Below the pieces are notes generated by a model that worked only from the letters and a program-made list of their open reading frames with translations, was not told the DNA's origin and did no database searches. A program made the translations under genes and the position numbers. From Eledone cirrhosa (taxonomy: Eukaryota), in assembly GCA_964016885.1 (NCBI GenBank), contig OZ024741.1:126418001-126482000 (forward strand): a stretch of DNA of 64,000 nucleotides, given 5' to 3'. This document shows, piece after piece, positions 39,362 through 54,044 of the stretch (positions are counted from its first letter, which is position 1; every line of letters begins with the position of its first letter).

Positions 39362-39833
39362 TTGGCAAAGCTTAAACATATAATTAAATTATTATTCTAC
39401 AGAACAATCATAAAGATATGTTGATAGTATTGTGCCATCAGTAGTGTCATATTCAAAGAGAGTCAGGATGTTGTGGTCAGTAGCAATGGGTATAATAAAT
39501 ATTGTAAAAGAATTATAAAAGTAATTCGTAAAGGAGGACATTAGTGGTACATAGGCATATAGGCAGTAAGAATGCAGAGGTATTAGGCATATAAAATGTA
39601 TTAAATATAGTTGTGATTGTTCTGTAGTTTATATTCCTGCTCTGTAAGGCATCTGATGTATTTACATTGAGCTATTTTTCAGACTGGTAATAAGGTGGTA
39701 AAAAATAAAAAAAATACTGACCTTTCCTGTTTATAATTATATATAGTTTATATATAAGTATAAATAATATTATATAAGTGTAAATAATATTATATAACTA
39801 TAAATAATATATATATATATATATATATATTTC

Positions 39834-40020
39834 ATATAGAAATGGCTTCTACAGGACTAGAACTGTTTTATTCGAAGGAAATCATCAGGGCTTTCTTGAT
39901 GATTTCCTTCGAATGAAACAGTTCTAGTCCTGTACAAGACATTTCTATATTATATATTTATACTCTATGTATTGAGTACCTTACTTACTGTGGTTACCCT
40001 CGATTGAACCCGGGATACAC
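39834..40020. mobile_element. Fixed-apex palindromic insert, copy 2
   Basis: Arms of about 55 bp around GGGCTTTC, plus a tail of about 70 bp. Confidence 0.8.
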
Positions 40021-40330
40021 ACATATATATATATATATGAAACACTCAGAACCCCGATGGCTGAGCTTCGGCCGTTTCAACAGCTAGATCCGAACGTTCG
40101 GATATGTGTGTGTGTGTGTATATTTACGATTAAAGAGAAATCTCGCTATGAAATAAATAAAATTTCTTTTGGAAATAAAAGAAAATAAAGTGTATATCAT
40201 ATAGCCTATAAACTAGAAAATATAAAAAGAAACGAACATTTGTTTGTATAAGGCAGAAAGCAGGTAACATACAGCCTAAAATGTAATGTATTTCTATATA
40301 TATCTTATATTTTCTTCAACCCTTTGTTAC

Positions 40331-40460
40331 CATCTGCATTAGTCTAATTTGTGTATTGCCCTCAGTGAATTCACTAAATTCAGATGCTGTAAACATTGAG
40401 TCCGTCTTCTTTTGTTGTCTGTATTTTTGTGTGTGTGTAAGAATAATGATATTATTTTGA
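40331..40460 (-). CDS. Candidate internal host exon (QNNIIILTHTQKYRQQKKTDSMFTASEFSEFTEGNTQIRLMQM)
   Basis: Acceptor TTTTTGTTTCGTCTGTCTAG, 130-nt open frame, GTAACA donor; protein not recognised. Confidence 0.3.
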
Positions 40461-40609
40461 CTAGACAGACGAAACAAAAAATTAATTTCCGTAAGGTGTA
40501 TATAAGCACAGGAATGGTTGTGTGGTTAGGAGATAGCTTTGAAACCATGTGGTTCTCGTTCTCGGTTCAGTCCGGCTGCGCGGTACCATGGCCAAGTTAT
40601 ATATATTTA

Positions 40610-40815
40610 CAACAAGATTTAATATAGAAATGGCTTCTACAGGACTAGAACTGTTTCATTCGAAGGAAATCATCAGGCCTTTTCCTGATGATTTCCTTCG
40701 AGTGAAACAGTTCTAGTCCTGTAGAAGCCATTTCTATATTAAATATTGTTGTATACACTCTAGTAATATATTGAGTACCTTACTGTGGTTATCCCCAATT
40801 TAATCCGGTACTCAC
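40610..40815. mobile_element. Fixed-apex palindromic insert, copy 3
   Basis: Near-perfect arms of about 65 bp around GGCCTTTTCC, plus tail. Confidence 0.8.
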
Positions 40816-41036
40816 ACACACACATATATGTGTACGTGTGTGTGTTCGTGTCTGCGTTTATGTCACGCAACCTAGCTGTTACATAGCTGTTCGACAAAAG
40901 GGATCGATAAATGAAGCTGTTAATATACATATTTTCAACTTCCACATTATGTATTAATTGCAGCATTTTTTTCGTTTGCTCCTCCACATATCTCTCTCTC
41001 TCTCACTCTCTCTCCCTCTCTCCCTCTCTCTCCCCC

Positions 41037-41092
<56 letters not shown>

Positions 41093-41097
<5 letters not shown>

Positions 41098-41269
41098 AAA
41101 AGAGTCAGGGCACCGACGGCTGAGCTCCGGCCGTTTCGACAGCTAGATCCAGCTGTCGAAACGGCCGGAGCTCAGCCGTCGGTGCCCTGACTCTTTTCCT
41201 ATTACTCACTCTACTACCCTAAGTATCGAGTACTTTGGTGCGTTATGGTCTACCTGGTTCCTTACCACA

Positions 41270-41272
<3 letters not shown>
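41093..41272. mobile_element. Perfect 52-bp fold-back insert in (TA)n with a hammerhead 3' half
   Basis: Arms 41093-41144 / 41151-41202; GAAAC-GGC(9 nt)GCC-GTC; related fragment at 40040-40105. Confidence 0.8.
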
Positions 41273-41329
<57 letters not shown>

Positions 41330-42812
41330 ACAGTATTTTCCCCAACAAAGAATGTTCCGGTTGTTGTTCGACCAACGTAACAACGTACTTGTGAAATTAA
41401 TGTGCAAATGGCTTATCATTCCATAGGCGCGTGCACACTTACAGGTTCAACTGGAGAGACAAGAGCAGGGTCAAAATAATGCGTTACTGGTACTTGAACT
41501 CATGATCTGATGATCGTCAGCCAAGTACCCTAATGCGAAAACTATACGTCTTCACCAATCATTGTGTAAACAAAATATCAAATCGAACAGTACTGTTAGT
41601 AATATGATGATGAAATATGATTGGAGACTTTGTTGATCTTTCAATTATGAAACAGTAAGCTTTTAATTACAAGATTTATACTAAACATTTCCCTTGTCAC
41701 TGCGGAACATAACTCCCTGTTCAAAGACGCTGCTTTATTTGCACTTGCATTTACACTGCAGCATAAGATTGAAAAGAAAAAAAAAGCATTATGTTTCAAA
41801 TAAAATCTTGACAAGGCATTTCCTATATTTTCTTCAAAATATACCCCAGACGTTTCGGAGCGTAAATTCTCTCCGAAATAAAATTTACGAGAACATCAAA
41901 TCCAAGTTGATATTGAAAAAAAAAAAGTCATTTGATTTGTTTATGACTTGTCGTTATAGAAAGAGAGATATGACAGTCGACAATGTTATTATTTTGGTGG
42001 CTTTTAATTTTTAGATTTATTATTTCTGATTGAGCAGAGTTTCGTTATTTTTTTAAAATTTACAAATAATAATGGTTTCTAATTTAGACATCATCGGGAA
42101 ACTGGTAGAGCTGTTAGAATGTCAGCCGGCCACAATGCTTTACAGGATTCGTTCTAGCTTTGATTTTTTTTTGTGTGGTGAGGAAAAACGGGAGAGAGGT
42201 CAAATATCTGGACGCATTTTAATGACTAGTTTATCGTCTGCTATTAAATTGATTTTAAATACCATCAGTTTTGATTTACCTTTTATGAATTTGGCCTCGA
42301 TAAATAAGCGCAAGAAATATAATTGCTTCCATCTAAAAAGGTCCTTTAGCCGTAAGTAAAAATAAATCATTATATTGATTTTTCACTTCAGACTTTCATG
42401 TTACTGAATTAGTTAGATTTCTGAATGCGATTAAATGATAGAAACGATGAAGAGGTGAAATAAATATGTTTTGTAGTTTATTTTTAATTATGTCCTGTTC
42501 ACATTCTGAATTGAAATCCCAAAGGGGTCAACTTTGCCCATAGTCGTTTCGGATGAATTTATTGGATGAAAGAAGTAAACATAAATTTGACAATTCACTG
42601 TAACTCTCTTACACAATTTTTGTTTCGTTTTATAATATAGGAGAGATATTATAGATTTGGAACAACGAGAAAGGCGAAACCAACAAGAGAGCCACCATGG
42701 GGTTGTTCGCAATGCTGAAGAAAGCAGCCAAATATCTGACAACTCCCACTCTACTGCAGTAGTTTCCAGCATATATGTGACCTCGTCACCCCATTTCCTT
42801 GTGTATGAAGGT

Positions 42813-43115
42813 TCGTGGCTTAGTGGTTAGGGTGTACGGCTCATCATCTTGTCCGATATTCGGTGGCATGTTGTATCCGTGAGCAAGGCCCTTTACTCCA
42901 CGTTGCTTCAATCTACTCAGCTAGCAAAATGATTTGTACCTGTATTACAAAGAAACAGCCTTGACACACATCGTATCACGTTAATTCTTCCAGAGAACTA
43001 TGTTAAGGGTAAACATGTTTATACAATGCTCATCAATTTTCACGTTAATTTCACAACCAAGCTGTTCCGTTGATCGAACATCTAGAATATTCGTCGTCGA
43101 AAGTGACGGGGATCC
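42813..43115 (+). mobile_element. Family B SINE
   Basis: GTGGCTTAGTGGTTAGGGTGTACGGC...TTGCTTCAATCTACTCAGCT...CGTCGTCGAAAGTGACGG. Confidence 0.8.
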
Positions 43116-44192
43116 AACTCCCACAATTTATTTATAGAAGAGATATGACAGTTTAATGAAGTAAAATAAGTGCAACATGTTTAAATTTCTCCGCACATCT
43201 AAGAATTGAACCTGAGGGAACGTTTTCCGCTCAGCTGAATTTTACCTTTATCCTGAAATATTCTATATGAATAGCAAACAGATGTTTGTTTTTAGACGTT
43301 TAATGAAGCTTCCGTTTTGTTTTTGGTTTGTTGTTTTTTTTGGGGCCGTAAAAATTAAATTATTTCTAATAATTACCTTATTATTCCTTTAAAAAATTTA
43401 TAATATCCTTGTAACGTTATGAAAAGATACGGGTTATATTAACGAAAGGAATGTATTTTGTTTAACAAGAACTGACTAACGTGATGAAAGCAAATGTAGC
43501 AGAAAATATTGCTTACACTACCGAATGTTTATAAAACTATAAATCATGAAAGTTTCAGACAAGTCGGTAAAAAAACTCTTCGTTCTGTAAGAAATAAACT
43601 AGACGATTCTCTGGCTAGTTTTTTTGCTTTTTGTCTAAACCCCCCCCCCCCTCTCTCTCTCTCTCTCTTTCTCACCCTCTCTAAGAAATGAAGATTCATT
43701 TGAAACATTTTCTGAGCAATTTAATGATACATAGTTTCACATTAGACTCAAAGTAAGAATACTTACGTAATGTCCAGTCATATTATTGTAAATCGGCAGA
43801 CAGTATTTAACGAGAATAAACGAGAATAAGAGATAGAGAATGAATAGACTATATATAAATATAATGTACGCGCTTGTACATATATGAAAAATAAATGATG
43901 TATGTGTCTGTGTCAAAATATTACAATCGTTTCGAGTTATCTTTAACTTTCATAGATATGAATGTATAATAAAGTGTGTTTAAAAAAATTAGATATTTGA
44001 GATATAAGTATACCAGAAACTACCACTGTATATTGTAAATTAATGTTACAATACTGACAATTAGTGTTACAATGCCCAGTTTCATTGTTCTAGATTTTTG
44101 CAGTTTCTAGGATATTCACATCTCAAATGATGTCTAATTTGCCGAAACACTGTTTATATTTAAGAAAACACGAAAGATTACACAGGTGTAGG

Positions 44193-44228
<36 letters not shown>

Positions 44229-44233
<5 letters not shown>

Positions 44234-44549
44234 AAAAAGAGATGAAATCGAAAATGCAACTGGAGTCTTATTTTTTAAAAAAATATATATATTTATTTGC
44301 TTCCTTTATCGGTTTCGCAGCTCTTCTGCTTTTCAAAAGGTGAGTTGAGATGGAGGGTCTGTGGTTTTTCTCACATCTGCGATGTGAAAAGCAGAAGAGC
44401 TGCGAAACCGATAAAGGAAGCAAATAAATATATATATATATTTTTTAAATAAGACTCCAGTTGCATTTTCGATTTCATCTCTTTTTCTTTATACTTTCAC
44501 TCGTGTAGGACACCTCGGTTATTTTTCATTTTGTAAAAAAAAACCTCAC

Positions 44550-44557
<8 letters not shown>
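44229..44557. mobile_element. Fold-back insert (U3-A8 hammerhead family) in (TA)n
   Basis: Arms 44229-44335 / 44385-44492 plus a tail of about 65 bp; single-arm homologs at 33970-34120 and 47590-47742. Confidence 0.8.
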
Positions 44558-44607
<50 letters not shown>

Positions 44608-44693
44608 AGATATTTAATTTGTTGGTTATTCAAAAAATTTATTTATAACAGATTCGAAGTACTTTACAGATTTCTTCTGGGGTATAATATCAA

Positions 44694-44923
44694 TGATATT
44701 AATAAATGGAAACTATCTTTATAAAACCATATTTATTTTATAATATATGTTTCATCAGATAAAATACAAACTGAACTTAAAACGATAAGTTCTTGTTTTT
44801 TGGATATGTCAATATTTATAAAACAACTTTTGTATTTTATCTGTACCAACATTTTGGTACCCTTGAAATATACATAATAAAATAAATATGGTTTTATAAA
44901 GATAGTTTCCATTTATTAATATC
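44694..44923. mobile_element. Fold-back insert, family of 31910-32050
   Basis: Arms TGATATTAATAAATGGAAACTATCTTTATAAAACCATATTTATTTT (44694) and its reverse complement ending at 44923. Confidence 0.7.
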
Positions 44924-44939
44924 ATTTATATATATATAT

Positions 44940-45495
44940 TTGGGAGCAAAGATTGGGAATACGGAAGATGATGTGGTTGAGAGGAAGAGCAAGGCCTGGG
45001 CGGCGTGTCACAGCTTGAGATCGGTGTGGAAGTCGGACCTTCGTAGTGACCTGAAAATCCGCCTCTTCATTGCTGTAGTGGAGTCTGTGCTGCTGTATGG
45101 GTCTGAGACTTGGACACTGACCAAGAGACTCACTCAGATGGTGGATGGGTGCTACACGAGAATGCTGAGGATGGCTCTGAACATTAATCAGTATACACTG
45201 AGGATGAAAAACTCAGAGCTGTATGGGAGCATCCCAAAAGTCAGCTCAAAAGTGACACAGAGGAGACTGAGGTTGGCTGGACATGCTCACCGACATCCAG
45301 AGTTGACATTGCACTCAGTGCTCCTTTGGGAGCCCCTACATGGACACACTAGAAGAGGAAGACCAAGGTTAACATATGTTGATGCCCTAAGGACAGACAC
45401 TGGTCTGTTGGAGATGCAGGATATGGCAGCGATAATGAGGGACAGAGACCGCTGGAGAGAACTCGTCCATGGATCTCGGGAATTTTACCCGCCTT

Positions 45496-45497
<2 letters not shown>
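44940..45497 (+). mobile_element. 5'-truncated RTE copy, near-identical to 27725-28281, in (TA)n
   Basis: 185-aa open C-terminus; stop TAG directly followed by (AT)n. Confidence 0.92.
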
Positions 45498-45581
<84 letters not shown>

Positions 45582-47415
45582 TAAGCGAGTGTGTATGTGT
45601 ATGTGTTGCAACTACTGTAACATTTGCTCTGTTTGACAAAATAATACTGTAACAAAATGGCTCTGTTTGACAAAATAATAAAGATTATCTGAGTTTTGGC
45701 TGTTTACTTTATTGCAGAAATATACGATGACGTGGTGCATCGGGTATCTTTCTGTGGTGAGAGATTGAACGAATGAATTACACATTACGGGATCTTGTTT
45801 ATAACTGACTTATCGGCCTTGAAATTCAAGCGCCATAACAATTCTGTCTTCAAATGTTGTAGAATCTACATTATTACTTTCTATTGAGGAAGTATGTGAA
45901 GATGCGTAGCTTAGTGAATCAGGTGTTTACGGAATGCTAAGCTTTTTGCAAAATTATTTCTGGAGCAAGCTGTTTTGATGATCTAACACCTGGAACACTT
46001 ATCGTTGAACCTGACGGAGATTGATTCCATTCTATTCAGCTTACTACACAAACCCATTAATATTGAGTTTGTACATAGGCTCAAGGTCACATATTTCGGT
46101 GGGACTGAGTATAATGTGCTATTATATCGACCCTAGTATTTAAATGGTATATTATGTTCTCGACTCCACTATTAATTTTAACTTCGTACATAGGCTAAAG
46201 GCCACATATTTCGGTGAGGGTTGACGAGTATAATTTCCTACTATATCAACCCTAGTATTTAACTGGTACTTTATTCTCTCGACTCCGAATAGGTGAAAGG
46301 AGTTAAAGCCAGTATAATTTTGCTATCCTGTAAAATCTAAAGACGAAACAAGTGGGATAGTTGACTGACATTTCTTGTCTATCGAGCAACCCGTAGAAGC
46401 TCCCTAGTATATTAAAGTCATGCAAAACTAGCCAGCAAGAATTACTCAATTAGGTGACCGAAAGTAGGGGTGATCCTCAGTTTGACAAAGTAAATATCGC
46501 ATGTTATACTCAAACATTGCCGAAGTATAAAAAAAAAACTGTTTTCTAAATTGAACTAGATTATTCCATAAATATACCTACTTATGTAACAAGCAACTGC
46601 TCAAAATATGACAAAAAGCTTTTAAAATCAATAGATAACTTATCCACAATGTTCAAGTTGGAGTAGACAATTTAAATACGATAGTAATAAATTTTGGCAT
46701 TGTACATGTCTGACAAGTCACTTTATCTAAAACTGTGTTGAAACTAAAACAGCGTTAAAAACACAGACAGTGCGACGAAAATGATTACGCCAGGAAGCAA
46801 ATAATAAATATATAGTATTGTATGTTTTTAAATGGCAAATTTAATCTTCCACGTTGTAATTCTGATGATTATAAACTTTATGTGAATTGTACGACGTTAA
46901 AACTCGATCAAACGAAACCGATTTAAGAAACACACGTCTTCAGCTATACGTAAAATATATATTGGTGTAATAAACTAAGAAAGTATTTTTTTTTCAGCGG
47001 TAATATCACTCTCCTTAGATTTGGGATGAATACATTGTTATTCCTACAGAAAATAAGTGTGTATGTTTGTATGTTAAATATTTCACTAAACATATCTCAT
47101 AATGTAATACGAAGCAATACCACAGTTGAAAACTAAGAAATTGAATGAGGATGGTTTTAAGACTAAATATAAAACAGGAACAAAATATTTGTTGTTATGG
47201 TTTTACGTAGTGAGAAACTATGTTGAAGTATGACTTAAGGAACATATGTTAAAGTATAGCTCAAGTACCGACAAAAGTAAGACATAGATTAGCGGAGAAG
47301 CGAACAAAAGTTTTCATGCATTGAGATTTTTTGAAAGTAAGAATATTATGAATATCATATTAAATTTACAACTAAGTAAATTCAGACTTGCCTACCGGCA
47401 ATCTTTTACATACTT

Positions 47416-47582
47416 ACTATATTTTATGGCATATAAGACATTCAGATATATAAGCATCCCTCCTTATTTATGCAGGGAATAATAGGAAAAATAATATTAA
47501 CTTCGCATGAAAGAATCGGCAGGTAATTTCTTTAGGTATTTTCTGAGGGAAAATGGGGTTTTATATGCCATAAAATATTGCA
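47416..47582. mobile_element. Possible pogo/Tc1-like MITE
   Basis: Terminal inverted repeat ATATTTTATGGCATATAA / TTATATGCCATAAAATAT. Confidence 0.4.
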
Positions 47583-47831
47583 CGCTATATATATAAAAAA
47601 AAAGAAGATGAAATCGAAAATGCATCTGGAGTCTTATTTTAAAAAAAATATATATATTTATTTGGCTCCTTTACCGGTTTCGCAGTTCTTCTGCTTTTCA
47701 AGAGTAGAGTTGAGATGGAGGGTCTGTGGTTTTTCTCACATATATATATATATACAATGATATTAAATAAATGAAAACTATATTTATAAAACCATATTTA
47801 TTCGAGTGCTCTGAATCAGTTAAATATCTCT

Positions 47832-47933
<102 letters not shown>

Positions 47934-49477
47934 CGGTGTGTATATGTATGTATATATTGAAAAGGGTGATTGAAATTGAAAAGATAATGTTGAATTGTTT
48001 TATTGATTCGTAATCACAAATGTTTAGAACTTAGAAAACCGAAGAATCTGTAAAAATTAACATAATACAACGAGAGGCTTACTGCTTTAATTGACTAGAA
48101 AAATTGCACTTTTCTGGAAACGTTTTGCTACTTATGAAATTTATCTCCCAACCTTGACAGTATATTTAAATAAATATGCATAGTTTAGTTTATTTTAATA
48201 CCTAAATGATACCAATTTGGATATTGTTCTTCCGAAATGCATATCTATTCACATTACACTCTCGAACTTAAACACATCCAGAAACAAATTGACTGCATTT
48301 AATAGACGAGTGTTTTTTAAGATTTTAAACCTAACTGAATAAACATTGGGATGATGGGGGTGGAGGAGAAGCGAACTTTTTTGTTTTTCCTGTGCTTGGA
48401 GCTTTTTAGTGTCTGGAGTTCAACACCCTAGGTTACTTACGAAATTTGATCGAATGGTGTTCTGTGTACTTGAGTAATTTATTTCATGTTGCTTCTTTTG
48501 CAAGACGTTGCGACCGGCAGATAAAATTAGCAATGGAAAAACCAATGGAAACATTGTTTACTTGGTCCGACCTGGACCGACTCCTTACTTTTTTGTGTAT
48601 ATGGAACAATACCCTCTACTTTTTCTTAATAACAGACTGAAATTTGGTTAAAAAGTCTTTTAAATATATATTTTTTCAAAAATATTAACCTTCAAAATAA
48701 GAGTGCATTTTATTAACTTAATTATATCCAATCATCTAGTTTAAACTTTACTAACCTTATGAAACTAATCCACTGATTAGAGAAAATCTTGGTCTTCTTT
48801 AAAGGAATGATTATTTCTCCACCAAAGTCAAACATAAGTGTTTTAGTAAAGCGCTGTTGTTTAGCTATAAATCTATTGTTTTAATACTTTAATGCCGAAA
48901 AAAAAAAACGAAAACAAATCCATCTGATACTGCATTATATATTCTATTTCTCGGAAGATAAGCGAAATGTGACTTGAATGAATAAAAAATGTGTACACAA
49001 AGAGGAATACATAAATATCTTTGTGATAGAGATGAGAGAATGAGACCTATTTATCAATTATGTATAGTAATTGATAAAAACAACAACAAAAGATTACACA
49101 CGCACAAAATTATTTTTATAATGCTCTAACATTTACGTTCAACATCATCTGAGTTTATAACTTGCCGTTGGTTTTGCGAGACAGACAAACATTTCCGTAT
49201 GTTCAAACACGGCTGCTGTTGAATTAATAACGTAAGAAATTTTTTTTTTTTTATCCTTTCAAATGTTTAATCACCTGGGGCATGTTAAATAAGATCATTT
49301 AGTGATGTCTTTGAGGTGATTTATTTTTCTAATAATACTGCGTGAAATACCACAAATGAGATTAGATTGATAGATGGTGAATGAAAATATATTTATACTT
49401 CGGTGTGTGGGTGGTGATTACTTTTATATATGATGAGACATACTTGCACATGTAAGTAAACGATTAAACAGAAAATG

Positions 49478-49870
49478 ACCGTGGATTGATAGAATCTCTT
49501 GAGCATCAAACAAATGCTTCGTGACACAGATTTACGGCCCTTTGCGTTCTGATTTCAAATCCCGCCAAGGTTAGCTTTACTTTTCATCCTTACGGGGTCG
49601 AGAAAATAAAGTATCAGTAACGCACTAGGGTCGATTTAATAGACCCCCCCTCCGCCACCACAAATATTGTTAACCTTGTATCTAAATCAGAAACCGTTAT
49701 TTTTTTGTCACTCTTTATATTCAGAGTTCAAATTCTGTTTTGGTTCTACTTTGCGTTCATCCATTCGACGTCAATAAGATAAAATACCAATCTAATATCG
49801 AGATTGATCTAAATAACTTTCTCCTGCCCTTCAATTGCTGGTCTTGTATCTGAATTAGAAATCATTATTA
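49478..49870 (+). mobile_element. Two tandem family A SINE relics
   Basis: TTTCATCCTTACGGGGTCGAGAAAATAAAGTATCAG and a second core at about 49750-49790. Confidence 0.7.
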
Positions 49871-50334
49871 CAGTGAAATACAATTTCGAAGTTTTACTGA
49901 CGAACCGTTTCAGGAAGTATTTCATATTTTCAATTTAATCTAAAAACATTAACTTCGGGTGTGTATGTATATACGATTGTAAACACACTTGAGTGATTTC
50001 ATATTACGAAAGAATGAGCCTTTGATATGTAAATATATAGGTAATTTATATATATTCTTTATATTTGTATATATACTATGTATACATGAAGTTAATAACA
50101 TATCATGAAAAACTTGATTTACTGTTTTCCAGGTTACAGACTTTGTTTATATTTCCCATGCTAAAATATTGCGGTCTGTAAATTTTTAATATTGGACACT
50201 GTTTTGCAGGTATGAAAAATATGTACTGTTTATGTTTCGTACGAAATACTATGTCCCCCGATTTATAGCTGCAATGATTATATTTAAATTGCTGTTAGTG
50301 AAGCACTCTAGCATAAAATTATTATATGTAAGCA

Positions 50335-50490
50335 CAGCAGTGTGGTTAAATAGTTTGCTTCGCAAACATGTGTTTTCAAGTTCAGTCCAACTACGTGAAT
50401 CCTTGGGCAAGTGTCTTCTACTATAGCTTCAGGTTGCCCAATGCTTTGTGGGCGGAATTTGGTAGACGGAAACTGCAGAAGCGCGTCGTA
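50335..50490 (+). mobile_element. tRNA-derived SINE, family C; relics at about 40505 and 53850
   Basis: GTGTGGTTAAATAGTTTGCTT...GTTCAGTCC...CCTTGGGCAAGTGTCTTCTACTATAGC...TTTGGTAGACGGAAACTG. Confidence 0.7.
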
Positions 50491-51794
50491 TATATGTGTG
50501 TGAACCTGTGTATGCGTTTACGTATAATATTAGTTTATATTCTATAACGAATAATAGAAATCAATACAATCATTCAACATTACTGTTATAGTAGGTATTT
50601 ACAAATATGAGAATTAAACTAACGTAAATTAATTCTATAGCTTAAGGAGTTCACAGGTGACGTAATATGGTGGTCTAATGGTTAAAGTATTGAACGGACC
50701 TTTATAAGTTCGTGGTTCCGACTTGTAGGCCGGGTGTTGAGTTGTGTTCTCAAGAAAAGCATTCTAATTCATTTTGCTTTCCACGATAGGAGTCGGAACC
50801 CATCATTAAAACTCCTCAGACACTTTGTATAAGATACATCCTAATAAGCCAATTAAATCTACATATGTGTATGCTGTAACAGCAACATGATAGGGCTGGC
50901 ACCCCTATCACTAAAACACTCAAGAAACATCCTCTGAAGCCAGTTAAACCTATATAGGTGTGAGCTGTAAATTTCATTTAATTTCTGTATGGTGTTTAAT
51001 TCACAGCTGGGATTCAGGTTTTATTTTTATTGGATTATTTTTGCCTTACATATCTATTTTATCTGGTGAATCACTTTGGTTACATTATATGGAAATGCAG
51101 ACTTCTGTTGTAATATAACGACAAAGGTGTATGGAATGTTTTCAAGTTCGTTAACGAGAACAACAGGAACAACAACAGAAATAATTGGTAAAAAGAATAA
51201 CAAAAGAATTCCTAATATTTTTATTAGTGTTATTCTTTATTATTCTCTTTTTGTTCCCGTTCCGTGCTGCTCTTTATATAAGTCTATCCTGAGGCCGTTC
51301 CAATAGCAGATCAGTTCTCGTGTTAGTAAACGCTGGTCGCATCTCACCTAAATCTTCATATCTGGTACTTTATTTATCGACACTGGAGCATGAAAGGTTG
51401 ACACCAGTGGCAGTTGAACTCAAAGTATAAAGAGCCGGAACAAATAAGCAAATCTCTTTACAACACTACCAAACCTGCAACCATAGAGCAAAACAGAATT
51501 GATGGTAGAATTTTTTGTTTTATTATCCAAACTCAACAGTTTGGACAGTGGCGACTATTGGGATTGTACGCGAATAAATATCTACAGACGAGAATACTGC
51601 ATACCGTATGACATTCTATAAGACGCTCTTCCGATTTTACCAATTCGCTGCACTATGATGATATTGACAGTGATAAAGGTATGGCATTGAAGTAGTTATA
51701 ATTCAATATCCTTGATAATTCTGGCAATGTAGCAGTAGTAGCACTCATCAATTGTCAGTACACGAAACTAGTTTAAATCCATGGCCATACCTTG

Positions 51795-52140
51795 CCTGAA
51801 TGGTTAAGTTCGTTTAGCAATTATCAGATCGCGAGGTCGATCTCACTGCATGGCATCTTGAGCAAATGTCATTTACCATAGCCTCAGGTCGACCATTCCT
51901 TGTGATCTCACAATAGAAAGTGGATAGACAAAAGCTATTACGAAGCCGAACAGACAGATTGTATCTGTAATTAAAAGGGTTAGCCTTCTTACAAACTGTG
52001 TCATGCTGGATCTCCCAGAAAATTAACGCTAAGATTATACGTATTTGTGGAATTCTCAACCCTTTATACGTTAATTTTATGAGCAGGTTGTACCATTGAT
52101 AGAACCACTGAAACACCCATCGTCGAAACTGACTGATGTA
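51795..52140 (+). mobile_element. SINE with C-like head and B-like tail
   Basis: CTTGAGCAAATGTC..TACCATAGCCTCAGGTCGACC...GTTAATTTTATGAGCAGG...CGTCGAAACTGAC. Confidence 0.6.
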
Positions 52141-53252
52141 CATTCTACTTCACCTCAGTGGGTGTGTAGAGGGAGATGACTAACAGTTAAGATGAAATCA
52201 TGATAATCTAAGCTATGATTGATTTAAACCATCTTATGTGGTCCACACATTTATCAAGGGTCTTCTCCCGTCTCCTCTTGCTGGGTTCGAAGAAAGGCAA
52301 GAGAGTGCTACAATTAGGAGAGACAAAAAAGTATAGAGGTAGCCAAGAAAAACAGCAATGCTATATTGGCAGTCCTTAATGAGAGTCCCTTTTCATTTAT
52401 AGGATGGATGAATGGCCGTTGACTCATTGGTGAATTCAACCCCAGTTGTAAATAGGTTGTCCTCTTCTCTCCATAGACAAGGGATTAAAAGGAAAGTGGA
52501 TGATTTATGTGGACACATCAGATAAATTTGTATTCTGCTAATATGAATTCGTTGAAGCCAACAATTGTGTAAACACACACCAGAATAATATCTGTAAATG
52601 AATTATCCATTCTCTGAAACCTTCAGCTCTGACATCAATGCCAAAGAACGACAAGAAAAAATAAAACAAAATAACAAAAATGAAATAAAAGCAAACAAAA
52701 TTGATAGGTAGGCTATATATGTATATATATATATACATACATACATTAGTGTGTGAGTGAGTGAGAGAGAGAAATGATGCATCTTCATCGCAGCATTACT
52801 AAACCACTCCCCTTGAACAACAAAAGAAAATCTGTTACAGCAGAAGAAATCTCGAAATAGTACTGTGTACAATGCACTGTAAACATATCAGACTCACTAA
52901 GAATAGTCAACACGCTTAAAGTTCTCAAGCAAGAAAAAGAAAAAGTGAATAAATAAAAATAAGTAAGCAAAAAAAACAAACATGAACAAATAGATATTAG
53001 TCAGATCTAAGAACTGACACATTACAATACCCAACCACTGACAACATATTATGTCTATGACCATTAAATGTGCATCGTTTTCGCAACGAAATTATTTGTA
53101 TTGCTAGATAATCACTAGCCTGAAGCAAGCGGTATGCTGTAAGCTCTCACACAGCTGTGACTGCAAGGCTATTTTATTCTAAGTTAAGGCCAATCTACTT
53201 TATTTGCATCTGTTAATATCATAAATGTATTATATATCTTAATATCATAAAT

Positions 53253-53445
53253 GAGGGCGGTGAATTAGCAGTATCGGTGGAGGGTCGGACGCCATGCTTT
53301 CCAGCATAGTTACGTCCCTTTACGGTCTGAGTTCAAATCCCGTCGAGGTTAACTTTGCCTTTCATCCTTACGGGGTCGATAAAATAAAGTACCAGTAATG
53401 TACTGGGTAATTGCTGGCCTTGTGCCAAAAGTAGAAACAATTATT
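53253..53445 (+). mobile_element. Full-length family A SINE; 5'-truncated copy at 53570-53662
   Basis: GAGGGCGGTGAATTAGCAGTATCGG...GAGTTCAAATCC...GTAGAAACAATTATT. Confidence 0.9.
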
Positions 53446-53968
53446 TCCTTTGCCAAATTGTTATACTTTGAAACTAAGGATATATTGTTTTTTAAAACAA
53501 AGTACTTGAAAGTTTGAACTCAGCTCACAGCTCCCCGCCTAGTACTATCTTAACGAACTCCCAATACTACCTTTGCCATTCATCCTTACGGGGTCGATAA
53601 AATAAAGCACCAGTAATGCACTGGTTAATTGCTGGCCTTGTGCCAAAAGTAGAAACAATTATGTTGAGTAGCACTGAGACAGTTTTTGCCACGACAAGAC
53701 GAGAGTAAAATGTGCGATTTATTTTATAGGATAAATTTTATTTGAAGCGTATATTATCCTATAGACTAGAACAAGGGTCAACAAGTGAACCATTCACTGA
53801 GGTGTTTCAGTGGATATTGGATCTTTAGTGGGTTATTGTCATTGAGGTGTTTCTTGCGACTTGAACCACGTTTCTAGATTCAGTCACGTTGTGCGGCAGT
53901 GTCTACTATAGTCTCGGGTTAACCAATGTCTTGAGAGTGGCATTTGGTAGACAGAAACTGCAAAGGTC

Positions 53969-54029
<61 letters not shown>

Positions 54030-54044
54030 TGTGTGTGTGTGTAT

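Noticed and set aside
50133-50209. Plus-strand exon with good acceptor and donor
   Set aside because: Stop codons in all three frames; no other support
52145-52530. Possible CR1/L2-type 3' relic on minus
   Set aside because: Too degenerate to support with identifiable motifs by eye
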